A stretch of DNA of 32,000 bases. Source: Patescibacteria group bacterium (GTDB taxonomy: Bacteria; Patescibacteriota; Patescibacteriia; 2-01-FULL-39-33). The notes beneath the pieces were generated by a model. That model searched no databases. It was not told the DNA's origin and was given only the letters and a program-made list of their open reading frames with translations. Location of the stretch: NCBI GenBank assembly GCA_041649575.1, contig JBAZMW010000003.1, forward strand, positions 159,559 to 191,558. The letters run 5' to 3'. The position numbers and the translations under genes were made by a program. Positions 17,752 through 27,807 of the stretch are shown here, one piece after another (position 1 is the first letter of the stretch; every line of letters begins with the position of its first letter).

Positions 17752-18251
17752 GACCGCGTCTCCTTTCTGTTCTTCTCTGCCTTGGGCCGTATTACCCCAC
17801 GACGAACCAGTTCGTATTCGCGAACTTCCCTAAATGCGCCCCAAAAACCACCCATGTAGGACTTCTTGAATCTCGGTCCCAATATCGTGACGGTCTTGGT
17901 GTTCGCCTGGCTGCCCTTGTCCCTGAAGGTGAACATTTCACGTTTACCTCTGACTTGGTGCTCGTGGTGCCCACTTCCCTTTTCATCGGTAATGATGATC
18001 TTCTTCTTCCCGTCGTGGAGCATCACGATTTCGGTGCGTGGAATGGGTCGACCATCCTCGGTGAACTGAACGACGAATGCGGTTTGGCCGTCATCGTCCG
18101 TGTCAAAGGTCACCTCAATATCGTACTCCGCAGCCGCCGGCTTCTTCTCTTCTTTCTTGGAATCGCCTCTCGACTGGCCGCACTTCACGCACCTACCGGC
18201 CTTGAAGAAATTCACATTTCCACAGCCGCACGTCCAACTCTCGTTTGCCAT
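17748..18251 (-). CDS. zinc-ribbon (RanBP2-like) protein (unit D, gene 1)
   Basis: Start at MANESW (AAAGGAG upstream). WTCGCGNVNFFKAGRCVKC fits W-x-C-x-C-x3-N-x6-C-x2-C. A ~130-aa beta-rich domain follows. Confidence 0.6.
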   Translation of the reverse strand: MANESWTCGCGNVNFFKAGRCVKCGQSRGDSKKEEKKPAAAEYDIEVTFDTDDDGQTAFVVQFTEDGRPIPRTEIVMLHDGKKKIIITDEKGSGHHEHQVRGKREMFTFRDKGSQANTKTVTILGPRFKKSYMGGFWGAFREVREYELVRRGVIRPKAEKNRKETRS

Positions 18252-18385
18252 GGCCTTACTCTCCTTTCCTAATCCAACCGTTCTGTTAAAGAACTGGGCT
18301 GGAAACCGTTTTCCCTTGTTATACCCCTCTTCGCCTTGAAAAGGAGTCATTTCAGGGGAAAGCCGTTCCTCCAGCCTAACATATA

Positions 18386-18414
18386 ATTATAGCATACTAT
18401 CAATATTTTGTCAA
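18386..18414 (-). promoter_or_regulatory. consensus promoter of unit D
   Basis: The minus strand reads TACTATTGACAAAATATTGATAGTATGCTATAAT, i.e. TTGACA-17-TATAAT. About 31 of 34 positions are identical to the unit A promoter. Confidence 0.7.
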
Positions 18415-18487
18415 TAGTAAATTAAATAAATAAAAATAGCTAAATTTAGCTAAAAACTTAAAACGCAAAGGTTAAAAAAATATAGAG

Positions 18488-19324
18488 TTAATCTTCTGCT
18501 TTAGGTTTTGAATTTTTACGCCTCGACTCGCCGAAGGCGAGACAAGTAGCTTTGACTTTCAATATCCCTACGCCAGCTATGATTAATAGAACACTGATTA
18601 TTTGCGGCAGCCTGATTCCCCACCACAGAGCCGTCTCGTCGATACGGATAAACTCCATAAAAAATCTGATCAGCCCATAGCCGATAAAATAAATGGCCAA
18701 GAGCGACCCTGGCCGGCAGTTGTTTTTTCTGGCCAAAAGAAACAAGATCAAAAACAAAACAAAATCCAAAACAGATTCATACAAAAAAGCGGGCTGGAAA
18801 TATCGGTTTGACAAAAAAATTTCCGGACGATTTTTCGGTTCGATGGGAATGCCCCAGGGCAAGTTGGTGGGCCGACCAAACAACTCTTGATTGAAATAAT
18901 TGCCCCAGCGGCCAATGGCCTGGCCCAGGGCCAGAGCGGGAGCAGCCAAGTCGACTACTTGCCAAAAGGAAATTTTCTTTTTTCGGCTCCAAAAAATTAC
19001 CACGATGATGCCGCCAATAATGGCGCCATGAATCGCCAGGCCGCCTTGCCAAATTTTAAAAATCTCCGGCAAGTTGTGACTGTAATAGGACCAATCCAAA
19101 ACAAAAACCTGATAAAGACGGGCGCCCAAAATACCGCCGACAGCCAGCCAAAGGCCCAGGTCTAAAGCCAGCTCAAATTTTAGGCCTCTTCTTTTGGCCA
19201 GAGAGCCGGCGACCAGAATGCCCAGAAGCAAGCCCAAGACGATTATCAGACCATACCAGCGAAACGAGAGCGGCCCAAACTGGAAGATAATCGGCTGCGG
19301 ATAAAAATAATGAAAAAAATTCAT
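18488..19324 (-). CDS. lgt: prolipoprotein diacylglyceryl transferase
   Basis: FRWYGLIIVLG...GARLYQV...WQGGLAIHGAIIGG...GRWGNYFNQELFGRPTNLPWGI are canonical Lgt motifs. Confidence 0.9.
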   Translation of the reverse strand: MNFFHYFYPQPIIFQFGPLSFRWYGLIIVLGLLLGILVAGSLAKRRGLKFELALDLGLWLAVGGILGARLYQVFVLDWSYYSHNLPEIFKIWQGGLAIHGAIIGGIIVVIFWSRKKKISFWQVVDLAAPALALGQAIGRWGNYFNQELFGRPTNLPWGIPIEPKNRPEIFLSNRYFQPAFLYESVLDFVLFLILFLLARKNNCRPGSLLAIYFIGYGLIRFFMEFIRIDETALWWGIRLPQIISVLLIIAGVGILKVKATCLAFGESRRKNSKPKAED

Positions 19325-19342
19325 ATCTTAAAGTATAACAGA

Positions 19343-19381
19343 AAAATAAAAAAAATCGACCCCCGAACCGGAGTTCGGGGG
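19343..19381 (-). terminator. rho-independent terminator of the orphan unit E
   Basis: 9-bp stem CCCCCGAAC / GTTCGGGGG with a 4-nt loop, followed on the minus strand by a long T-run. Confidence 0.75.
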
Positions 19382-19425
19382 AATTAAAGCTTTGACCAAA
19401 GAAGTTCGCTTGGAGCAGTACAGGA

Positions 19426-19650
19426 TTACGTGGTGCCGCAATAGGCTGGCCGGTGGGAGCTGCGTCGCACAGTTCCTCTTGGCGGCCTTTCGGCTCTCCT
19501 GATCCGAGGGCGCTGAAGCGTGTTGGAGACTATCTGGTAGCCTCTCGCGACCAAGTCGCGGATGAATGCCTTCACCCTTCCACGTCCTTTCACCAGTGCC
19601 ATATGCAGCTGATCCTTCAAATCCCGATACCTGACAAGATACCTTCTCAT
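19426..19650 (-). CDS. possible 74-aa arginine-rich small protein (alternatively the unit is a non-coding RNA)
   Basis: MRRYLVRYRDLKDQLHMALVKGRGRVKAFIRDLVARGYQIV..., with AAGGAG 9 nt upstream. The frame is open further upstream, to 19743. No homology recognised. Confidence 0.3.
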   Translation of the reverse strand: MRRYLVRYRDLKDQLHMALVKGRGRVKAFIRDLVARGYQIVSNTLQRPRIRRAERPPRGTVRRSSHRPAYCGTT

Positions 19651-19751
19651 GCGCCATCGCTCCTTATGTTTTCCTCTGCCAGAATGCCCTATACTCATTT
19701 TCGACCAATCGGTTATGACCCTCCTTTCCAATGTCCACAGCATGATTGTTT

Positions 19752-19780
19752 ATCATAGCACCAGGCAGGAGGTTTGTCAA
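19752..19780 (-). promoter_or_regulatory. sigma70-type promoter of unit E
   Basis: On the minus strand: TTGACA, 17-nt spacer, TATGAT. Confidence 0.6.
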
Positions 19781-19802
19781 ACTTATCTTAAAGAAACTAC
19801 GT

Positions 19803-21263
19803 TTAAACGGTTTCCACCTTGACCAAATTGGTCTTGCCCTGGCGGCCAAACGGATGGCCGGTGACAATAATTATGGTCTCGCTTTTTTTGGCCAGCTTGG
19901 CTGTTTGCACCAATGTCTTGATTTTGGCAATCAGGGCTTCGAAAGAATTAACCAGCGGCAAAACAAAAGCGCTCACCCCCCAGCTTAGGGACAGCTGATT
20001 GGCGGTAAAAACTGAGGGAGTCAGGGCAATGATAATGGCTTTGGGTCGAAAGCTGGAAATGTTTCTGGCGGTGGCGCCGGAAACCGTGGCGCAGGCAATC
20101 AACTTGACCTTAGTCAAATCCTCGGCCAAATCCTGGGCCACAAAACTCATTATTTTATTAAGCGATTGATTTTTGTATTTGTTTTCTTTGGCTTCTTGCT
20201 CCTCTATCTCCCTGGCCTCGATTTCTTTGGCAATGCGCGACATCGCCGCCACGGCTCTAAGCGGATACTGACCGGTGGCGGTCTCTCCCGAAAGCATGAT
20301 GGCGTCGGTGCCGTCTAAAACGGCGTTGGCCACATCGGAAACTTCGGCGCGCGTCGGCAAAGGATTTCTGATCATCGAATCGAGCATTTGGGTGGCGACA
20401 ATCACCGGCTTGCCGGCTTGCCGGCATTCGTCGATAATCTTTTTTTGAATCAGAGGCAAGTCCTCAAAGGGCAGCTCGATGCCCAAGTCGCCGCGGGCGA
20501 TCATAATGGCGTCGGCCGCCGCCAAAATTTGCGAAAAATTCTTCACCGCTTCGCGGCGTTCGATTTTGGCAATAAGCTTGGTGTGCGCGCCACTAGTCTT
20601 GCTGCTGCCAGCCGGATAATATTTTTTTTCCAGAGCAAAAATCTTTTTTCTTAAATTGACAATGTCTTTGGCGTCTTTGACAAAAGAGAGGGCGATAAAA
20701 TCAACTTTGTTTTTGACGCCAAAATCGACATCGGCTAAATCCTTTTTGGTCAGTGGCGGACACTTGATAAGCGATTTAGGAAAATTCATGCCTTTGTGGG
20801 ATTTGATGATGCCGCCGGTGATCACTTTGCAGACAATAGTGTCATTTTTGATTTTGGTGACGCTTAACTCAATGGTGGCGTCGTCGATTAAAACCGGCTG
20901 ACCCGCCTTGAGGTCGCGGTATAGCTCTTTATATTGAATGGGAACGACGACAGCGGATTGGGACGACACTTGGCGCTTTGGGGGCACTAAAAAAACTTCC
21001 TGGCCGCGGCTGACTTTCAGGCCGGCTTGGCCCACTTCGCCGATACGAATACGCGGCCCCTGCAAATCCTGAATAATGGCCAGCTGGCTTTTCAGGCTTT
21101 TGGCCACGGAACGCAAATTACCGATAAGCAACCGGTGGTGCTTGTAGCTGCCATGGGAAAAATTAAGACGCGCCACATTCAGGCCGGCTTTGATCATTTT
21201 TTCCATAATGATTTTGGTCTGAGAAGCCGGGCCAATGGTGGCTACGATTTTGGTGCGTTTCAT
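19803..21263 (-). CDS. pyk: pyruvate kinase
   Basis: MKRTKIVATIGPAS...NVARLNFSHGSYKHH...MIARGDLGIELP...VATQMLDSM are canonical motifs. Confidence 0.95.
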   Translation of the reverse strand: MKRTKIVATIGPASQTKIIMEKMIKAGLNVARLNFSHGSYKHHRLLIGNLRSVAKSLKSQLAIIQDLQGPRIRIGEVGQAGLKVSRGQEVFLVPPKRQVSSQSAVVVPIQYKELYRDLKAGQPVLIDDATIELSVTKIKNDTIVCKVITGGIIKSHKGMNFPKSLIKCPPLTKKDLADVDFGVKNKVDFIALSFVKDAKDIVNLRKKIFALEKKYYPAGSSKTSGAHTKLIAKIERREAVKNFSQILAAADAIMIARGDLGIELPFEDLPLIQKKIIDECRQAGKPVIVATQMLDSMIRNPLPTRAEVSDVANAVLDGTDAIMLSGETATGQYPLRAVAAMSRIAKEIEAREIEEQEAKENKYKNQSLNKIMSFVAQDLAEDLTKVKLIACATVSGATARNISSFRPKAIIIALTPSVFTANQLSLSWGVSAFVLPLVNSFEALIAKIKTLVQTAKLAKKSETIIIVTGHPFGRQGKTNLVKVETV

Positions 21264-21275
21264 AAAAATTAATTT

Positions 21276-21599
21276 TTACAACTTGATGGTTTTGACAATC
21301 CAATCGCCCAGGCTTTTGGCTGGCTGGGCTAAAAGGGGCAGGCCCCATTTCTCTCCCTGCAATGCCTTGATGATGCCAATGATAGCCAAAATGCCAATCA
21401 AAATATTGATCATCCAGCCAAAGACCGGGATCAGCATCAAGACCACGGAAACCACAAACAACAAAACTCCCTGACTGGCGTGGAAGCGGACGAAGTCGCT
21501 TTTTTTCCTGACGGCCAGAGCCACCAGGCTTAGGATCCAAAGATAGCTAATGGCACCCCAGATTTTTTCTTCTTGAGAGACGGATTTTTGTTCCGGCAT
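21276..21599 (-). CDS. small membrane protein (DUF4870-like; tentative)
   Basis: GAISYLWILSLVALAVRKKSDFVRFHASQGVLLF pattern with three TM helices. Confidence 0.6.
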   Translation of the reverse strand: MPEQKSVSQEEKIWGAISYLWILSLVALAVRKKSDFVRFHASQGVLLFVVSVVLMLIPVFGWMINILIGILAIIGIIKALQGEKWGLPLLAQPAKSLGDWIVKTIKL

Positions 21600-21616
21600 A
21601 GTTTTGAAATTATTTT

Positions 21617-22045
21617 TTAATTTTTGTTTTTGGAATGAAAAATAAAAACTACCAGTAGCGGCACCAGCGCTCCCACTACAGCCACCAAAACGGTTTCGGT
21701 AATCAGATTAAAAAGTTTCCACAACTGGAAACCGTCGAAAAGCCTGAAAATCGCGACTACCAAGCCGATGACCAGGCCGGCGCAACCGCCAGCGATGGCG
21801 GCAATAGGCAAGCTGCGGCCAAAAACCTTAATCACCCGCCAGCCGATAAGCAAAAAAATGATTAGTCTGATAATCCAGGCCAGCAGCTCGTTTTGGCTAA
21901 AAATGATTCCCGCCTCGAAATTTCTGGACCAGCTGCGGAAAGCCAATTCCAGAATCAGAGCCAAAAGCAGCCACCATTTGATAAAAGAAAAATAAACGGT
22001 GAAATCTATCGGCTCCCAGGTTTTTTTTGCTTTGATTTCTGACAT
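21617..22045 (-). CDS. four-TM membrane protein, unknown function
   Basis: 142-aa hydrophobic ORF, same strand and composition as its neighbours. Confidence 0.55.
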   Translation of the reverse strand: MSEIKAKKTWEPIDFTVYFSFIKWWLLLALILELAFRSWSRNFEAGIIFSQNELLAWIIRLIIFLLIGWRVIKVFGRSLPIAAIAGGCAGLVIGLVVAIFRLFDGFQLWKLFNLITETVLVAVVGALVPLLVVFIFHSKNKN

Positions 22046-22071
22046 CCACTATTATTATAGCTTATCGGCGG

Positions 22072-22102
22072 GAATAAAAAAACCCTCCCGCTTAAGCGGG
22101 AG
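22072..22102 (-). terminator. groEL terminator
   Basis: CTCCCGC-ttaa-GCGGGAG hairpin, followed on the minus strand by a T-run. Confidence 0.7.
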
Positions 22103-22126
22103 AATTTTTTATTCTTAAAAAATTTT

Positions 22127-23827
<1,701 letters not shown>

Positions 23828-23831
23828 TTAA

Positions 23832-24107
23832 TTATTCAATCACCGCGAGCACATCCTCGTGGCTAAGAATCTTGTATTCTTGCTCGTCGACCTTAACCTC
23901 TTCGCCGGCGTATTTGCCGAACAAAACGCGCTGACCCGCTTTTAATTCCAGTTTATCGATTTTTTCTCCCTTGCCGAGGGCGACAATTTCACCCTCCGCC
24001 TTTTTTTCCTTGTCAATCGTCTCGGGCAGCACGATGCCGGATTTGGTGACTTCCTCTTCTTTTAACGGCTTGACCAAAACACGATCGCCAATTGGTTTGA
24101 TAGTCAT
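23832..24107 (-). CDS. groES: co-chaperonin GroES
   Basis: IKPIGDRVLVKPLKEEEVTKSGIVLP...GEIVALG is the canonical GroES sequence. Confidence 0.95.
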   Translation of the reverse strand: MTIKPIGDRVLVKPLKEEEVTKSGIVLPETIDKEKKAEGEIVALGKGEKIDKLELKAGQRVLFGKYAGEEVKVDEQEYKILSHEDVLAVIE

Positions 24108-24142
24108 ATTTTCTGTTTAAATTATTAATTATTTTAGAAAGT

Positions 24143-24169
24143 TTAGCACTCTATTATTTAGAGTGCTAA
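24143..24169. promoter_or_regulatory. CIRCE operator (HrcA binding site)
   Basis: TTAGCACTC-N9-GAGTGCTAA is an exact match to the CIRCE consensus. It lies between the promoter and the groES start. Confidence 0.9.
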
Positions 24170-24183
24170 CACTTGACTTTGGT

Positions 24184-24212
24184 ATTTTAAACCATAAAAA
24201 AACACCTGTCAA
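24184..24212 (-). promoter_or_regulatory. groESL promoter
   Basis: On the minus strand: TTGACA, 17-nt spacer, TAAAAT, immediately upstream of CIRCE. Confidence 0.7.
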
Positions 24213-24244
24213 GAGGCGGTTTTTGGGCTTAATTTCAAAAATTT

Positions 24245-25273
24245 TCAGACCAACCGATTTTTGACAACTTCTCTTATTCCCCTCGAGAAATTGCAACCGA
24301 TGATTCGGCAATACTTCCGGCAAGAAACAATTTGCTTTCTTTCGGCTTTAGCTGGATGGCTGTTTAAAATATTTTTTAAAGAATTATTTTTCAAATTGCC
24401 AATGGTCGCCCCCTTGAAACATAAAGCCACCGCGCCAGCAGGATAAACCACCACGCTGCGCTGGCCGGCAAAACAACGAAAAGCCAAAACGCTTGGCGGA
24501 TTCAAATAATAATTTTCTATCGCCTTAATGTTGGCCGGAGAATTTTTGATTTTGGGGCGATGAGCGTAGAGCCAGGAAAAAAATTTTTTGACTTCTGCGG
24601 CAGACGGCCAGAGATCGTTTAATAAAAAAATATGTTTTCTGTCCTTGGCGGCCAGCGATTCCACGCTTTCATCCAGCGGCTGCAAAATGACAGCCGTATT
24701 GGTCAGGGAATTCAAATGCTCAATCAGTTCCGGCAAACCGTCAATATTTTGTTTGGCGATCAAAATACCAACCTCCAGTTTTATCCGGCTTTTTTCTAAC
24801 AAACCGATTGCCCGCCTGGCCGCTTCATAACTGGTGCCGGTGCCGCGCAAAAAATTGTGAGCTTCCTGCTCCAAGCTGTAGAAAGAAATTTTAATGGCGT
24901 CCAGGCCGGCGTCCTCCAACTCTTTGACCAGCTCAGCGCCCAGCAGCAACCCGTTAGAATTTAGAGTGACCAAAAAAAAGTGTTTTTTGAGTTCTTTAAT
25001 TAAAGCCAAGGCCAATTCCGGCCTGGTCAGCGGCTCTCCCCCGTTTAATTCGACAAAAGTCCGCGGCGGCAGAGTGGCCGCTAAATCTTTGACGATTTTT
25101 AGCCAGTCGGCGACAGTCAGCTCGTCGGAATTTTCTTGCTGCCAAATAGAGCAAGTCCGGCAACGGAGATTACACCTGAAAGTAAGCAGCAAACTCAAAG
25201 ATTCCGGCGGAACAAAACTCCTGTTAGTGGCATAGCCGGCTGCTAAAAAAATTTTTTTTAAAGCTTTATTCAT
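24245..25273 (-). CDS. radical SAM protein (possible SPASM-type C-terminal Cys cluster)
   Basis: CNLRCRTCSIW is a CxxxCxxC motif, and further Cys residues lie near the C-terminus (CFAG...LCFKG...SCRKYCRIIGC). It overlaps the upstream gene by 8 nt. Confidence 0.8.
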   Translation of the reverse strand: MNKALKKIFLAAGYATNRSFVPPESLSLLLTFRCNLRCRTCSIWQQENSDELTVADWLKIVKDLAATLPPRTFVELNGGEPLTRPELALALIKELKKHFFLVTLNSNGLLLGAELVKELEDAGLDAIKISFYSLEQEAHNFLRGTGTSYEAARRAIGLLEKSRIKLEVGILIAKQNIDGLPELIEHLNSLTNTAVILQPLDESVESLAAKDRKHIFLLNDLWPSAAEVKKFFSWLYAHRPKIKNSPANIKAIENYYLNPPSVLAFRCFAGQRSVVVYPAGAVALCFKGATIGNLKNNSLKNILNSHPAKAERKQIVSCRKYCRIIGCNFSRGIREVVKNRLV

Positions 25274-26597
25274 TTAGTTTTTGATTGCTAAGAGACAGGG
25301 CGCCGGCCAGAAAAAAAGCGGCCAGACCGGCCAACTGGGTTATCAGATAATGATCGAACAAACCGACAAGAAGCAACGCCAAGAAAGCCGGCAGAAAAAA
25401 ATAATTTTTTTGGCGCCAAGCCAGCATAACGGCAGTGACAACAAAAATTAAAAAAGCCGTCAAGCCAAAAATTCCCGTCTCGGAAAAAATCAACAGGTAA
25501 ATATTATGTACCGGCTGAAAATCATAAGCCGGCAATTTTGGATTGTTTTGATAAAGCTGATAGGTGTAGTTGCCGCCACCGACACCCAGGAGCCAATGAC
25601 CGGCTATAAACTTTTTGGCCTGGGATAAAGAAACCGTCCTCTCGGCGATTGACTTTTGTTCCAAGCGGCCTTGGGCTTCGAGCCTGGCAGACGCCAAGGG
25701 CCAATAAATCAAAACTAGAATCAAAGACAAGGCAGCCAGATAAACAGTGAGTTTCGCTAAGTTCGCTCTGGCTGTTTTGACTCGGAAAAAATAAATCAGC
25801 AAAAAAATTAGAAAACCAAACAACAATCCCAGCCAAGCGCTGCGGGAAAAACTAAAAAATAAGCCGGCTAGATCCAAAATCAGAAACAGCAAAGCCAGTA
25901 ATCGCGCCTGGCTCTTGGCGCTGTTGAAATATAAAAATAAAGTGGCGAAGATGGCCAGGAGCAAAAAACCGCCCAAGATATTGGGGTGGGCAAAGGCGCC
26001 GTAAGCTCTTAGCCAGCGGCCGTCGGCAGTCTCCACCACCATCGCGCCCAGCTCGCGCGCCAAGTGCTGGGAAATTCCCAGCCACTTGTTGGCAACGATG
26101 GTTTGAGTCAAAAATTGCCAAATTGCCAAGACAGCCTGTAGCGCTCCGCCAGCCGCCAGGGCCCAACAAATTTTTTGTTTTTTGACTCCGGAGGTTAAAA
26201 TGATAAAAAACAACAAAACCGCTTCTACCAGATGAAACCAACTGTAAAAAGCGGCGGCCGTATCTGATGACCAAAAAATAGACAACAAATTCCAAATTAC
26301 AAAAAATAAAAGACTCAAGACAACGGCAGAACTTAAAGTTAAAAACTTAAAATTTAAAGCTTTTTGTTTTAAGCTTTGAATTTTTAATTTTACGTTTAAC
26401 CCGGCCCATAAAAAAATTATCAGCCACAATAAAATCTCCGTGGCAAAAATCAGCCCCGTGCCATACTGCCACTTGGCGCCGTTTAAGACTCTTTCCTGAA
26501 AAATCCAAACAGTTTGCCAAGGCAACAGGAAAACCAAGGCCAGCAACAAATAACTGACTGGTTTTTCTAAGTTTTCTGGTTTACAAAAGAGAGACAT
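25266..26597 (-). CDS. O-antigen ligase / Wzy-like polytopic membrane protein
   Basis: About 11-12 TM helices. A FSFSRSAWLGLLFG motif is followed by a large loop, as in the Wzy_C family. Confidence 0.7.
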   Translation of the reverse strand: MSLFCKPENLEKPVSYLLLALVFLLPWQTVWIFQERVLNGAKWQYGTGLIFATEILLWLIIFLWAGLNVKLKIQSLKQKALNFKFLTLSSAVVLSLLFFVIWNLLSIFWSSDTAAAFYSWFHLVEAVLLFFIILTSGVKKQKICWALAAGGALQAVLAIWQFLTQTIVANKWLGISQHLARELGAMVVETADGRWLRAYGAFAHPNILGGFLLLAIFATLFLYFNSAKSQARLLALLFLILDLAGLFFSFSRSAWLGLLFGFLIFLLIYFFRVKTARANLAKLTVYLAALSLILVLIYWPLASARLEAQGRLEQKSIAERTVSLSQAKKFIAGHWLLGVGGGNYTYQLYQNNPKLPAYDFQPVHNIYLLIFSETGIFGLTAFLIFVVTAVMLAWRQKNYFFLPAFLALLLVGLFDHYLITQLAGLAAFFLAGALSLSNQKLNE

Positions 26598-27537
26598 ATT
26601 TTTTTTGAACCGCCTGCAAATACTGAAACCGGCGATCGTTTTCGTGGAATTTAAGCATGGCGTCGCTTATCACCACCCGGCCATCGCCCAGCCTGGCCAA
26701 AGACAACTTGGCTGGTGATAATTTTTTGAGCTGCAATTTTTTGGCAAGCGACTCGGCCCAATTGCCCAGCCGGCCGGCCAGCGGCCACTGCCAAAAAATT
26801 TTCCAGCCGCGAGAAAAAGAGCCACCACTAATCTGCCTGACGCCGCTGGGCGCAAAACCAAAAGTGTGCGGCAAAAATTCTTTTAGCCAAGAATTGGCGA
26901 CGAACAAATCATCGGCCGCCGACTGGCCAAAGACCGGCACTAAATTGGTCAGCCAATAGCCTAGATACAAATCATGGCCAGTGATTTTAACAGACGAGAG
27001 GTCGAGATTGTTTTCGGCCGTATAAAAACTAAGGCAAAAGCGGTCGGCCTGCTGATCGGCGCTGGGCCTAAGACCAAGCAAGGTAATGATTGCGGTGGCC
27101 AGGAGACGGACCAAATACAGCCGGCCGGGACTAACCACCAAAAATAAATCGATGTCGCTGTCTTGGCGCAGATTATTAAAACCGAAATTATTGCACAGAG
27201 CCACTGTTTGGACAAAGGGGCAAGCGGCCAAAGCCCGCAAACCTCTCTCGGCCAGCTGGTATTTTTGTTTGGTTAATTGATAGCGCTCTAAACGAGCGGC
27301 TGGTAGCGACTCGCGGCCAAGGAGAAAATAAAAACCGTTCTTGAATCCCAGGCGAGACCGCAAAAAATCACTCTGCGCCAAACAACTAACCGTAGTCCCA
27401 AGCTCCAGCGCCACTGCCTCTGGCTGTTCTTCGATTATTAACCATTTATAAATCTCCCAACTGGTCAGAGGGTAGTCAAATAAATCAAAATAGCAGACGG
27501 TTTTCAAAATTGCTTGTTCCAAAACGGTTATCGGCAT
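26581..27537 (-). CDS. hypothetical protein, possibly nucleotidyltransferase-fold
   Basis: N-terminal YFDLFDYPLT motif and a DSDIDLFLVV (DxD) segment. First gene of the overlapping three-gene envelope operon. Confidence 0.5.
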   Translation of the reverse strand: MPITVLEQAILKTVCYFDLFDYPLTSWEIYKWLIIEEQPEAVALELGTTVSCLAQSDFLRSRLGFKNGFYFLLGRESLPAARLERYQLTKQKYQLAERGLRALAACPFVQTVALCNNFGFNNLRQDSDIDLFLVVSPGRLYLVRLLATAIITLLGLRPSADQQADRFCLSFYTAENNLDLSSVKITGHDLYLGYWLTNLVPVFGQSAADDLFVANSWLKEFLPHTFGFAPSGVRQISGGSFSRGWKIFWQWPLAGRLGNWAESLAKKLQLKKLSPAKLSLARLGDGRVVISDAMLKFHENDRRFQYLQAVQKKYVSLL

Positions 27538-27573
27538 ATCTTCTACTTTATCATAAAACTTATTTATTTTACA

Positions 27574-27602
27574 TTGACATTAAAACCGCAAAATTCTATA
27601 AT
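27574..27602 (+). promoter_or_regulatory. consensus promoter upstream of the LysM-M23 gene
   Basis: TTGACA (27574-27579), 17-nt spacer, TATAAT (27597-27602). Confidence 0.65.
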
Positions 27603-27807
27603 TAAAATCAGCTGCGGTTAATAAAATTGTTTATTTATAACTAATTAACAAGAATCTATTTCTCTCCAGTTAAAGAAAATTTTAACCAAGCTGCTGGCTG
27701 GATCGATAAAAACTGTTGAGATTATCTTTCGACTTTTCGCCAGGCTTTTTAGTGTTCTAAAAGGCCCGTTTTTATTTTGCGCTGAAATCATCCTCAAAAT
27801 AATAATT

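Noticed and set aside
19343-19780. GC-rich ~390-nt unit considered as RNase P RNA, given its size and GGAAAGG / GGTGAAAGG / AAGGGTGAAGG strings on the minus strand
   Set aside because: The P4 helix strands are missing: there is no GGAAAGTCCGGGC-type 5' strand and no matching ACAGAA-CCCGGCTTA 3' strand, nor any complement to AAGGAGGG downstream. This cannot be settled without a covariance-model search.
10100-20000. Looked for an integrase, transposase, phage structural gene or conjugation gene that would define the GC-rich region as a discrete mobile element
   Set aside because: None of the ORFs shows recombinase, transposase or phage hallmark motifs, so I do not call a mobile element. I report only the compositional mosaic and the tRNA-associated repeats.
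24129-24323. 64-aa minus-strand ORF upstream of groES
   Set aside because: It lies over the groESL promoter and the CIRCE operator, so this is regulatory DNA, not coding.
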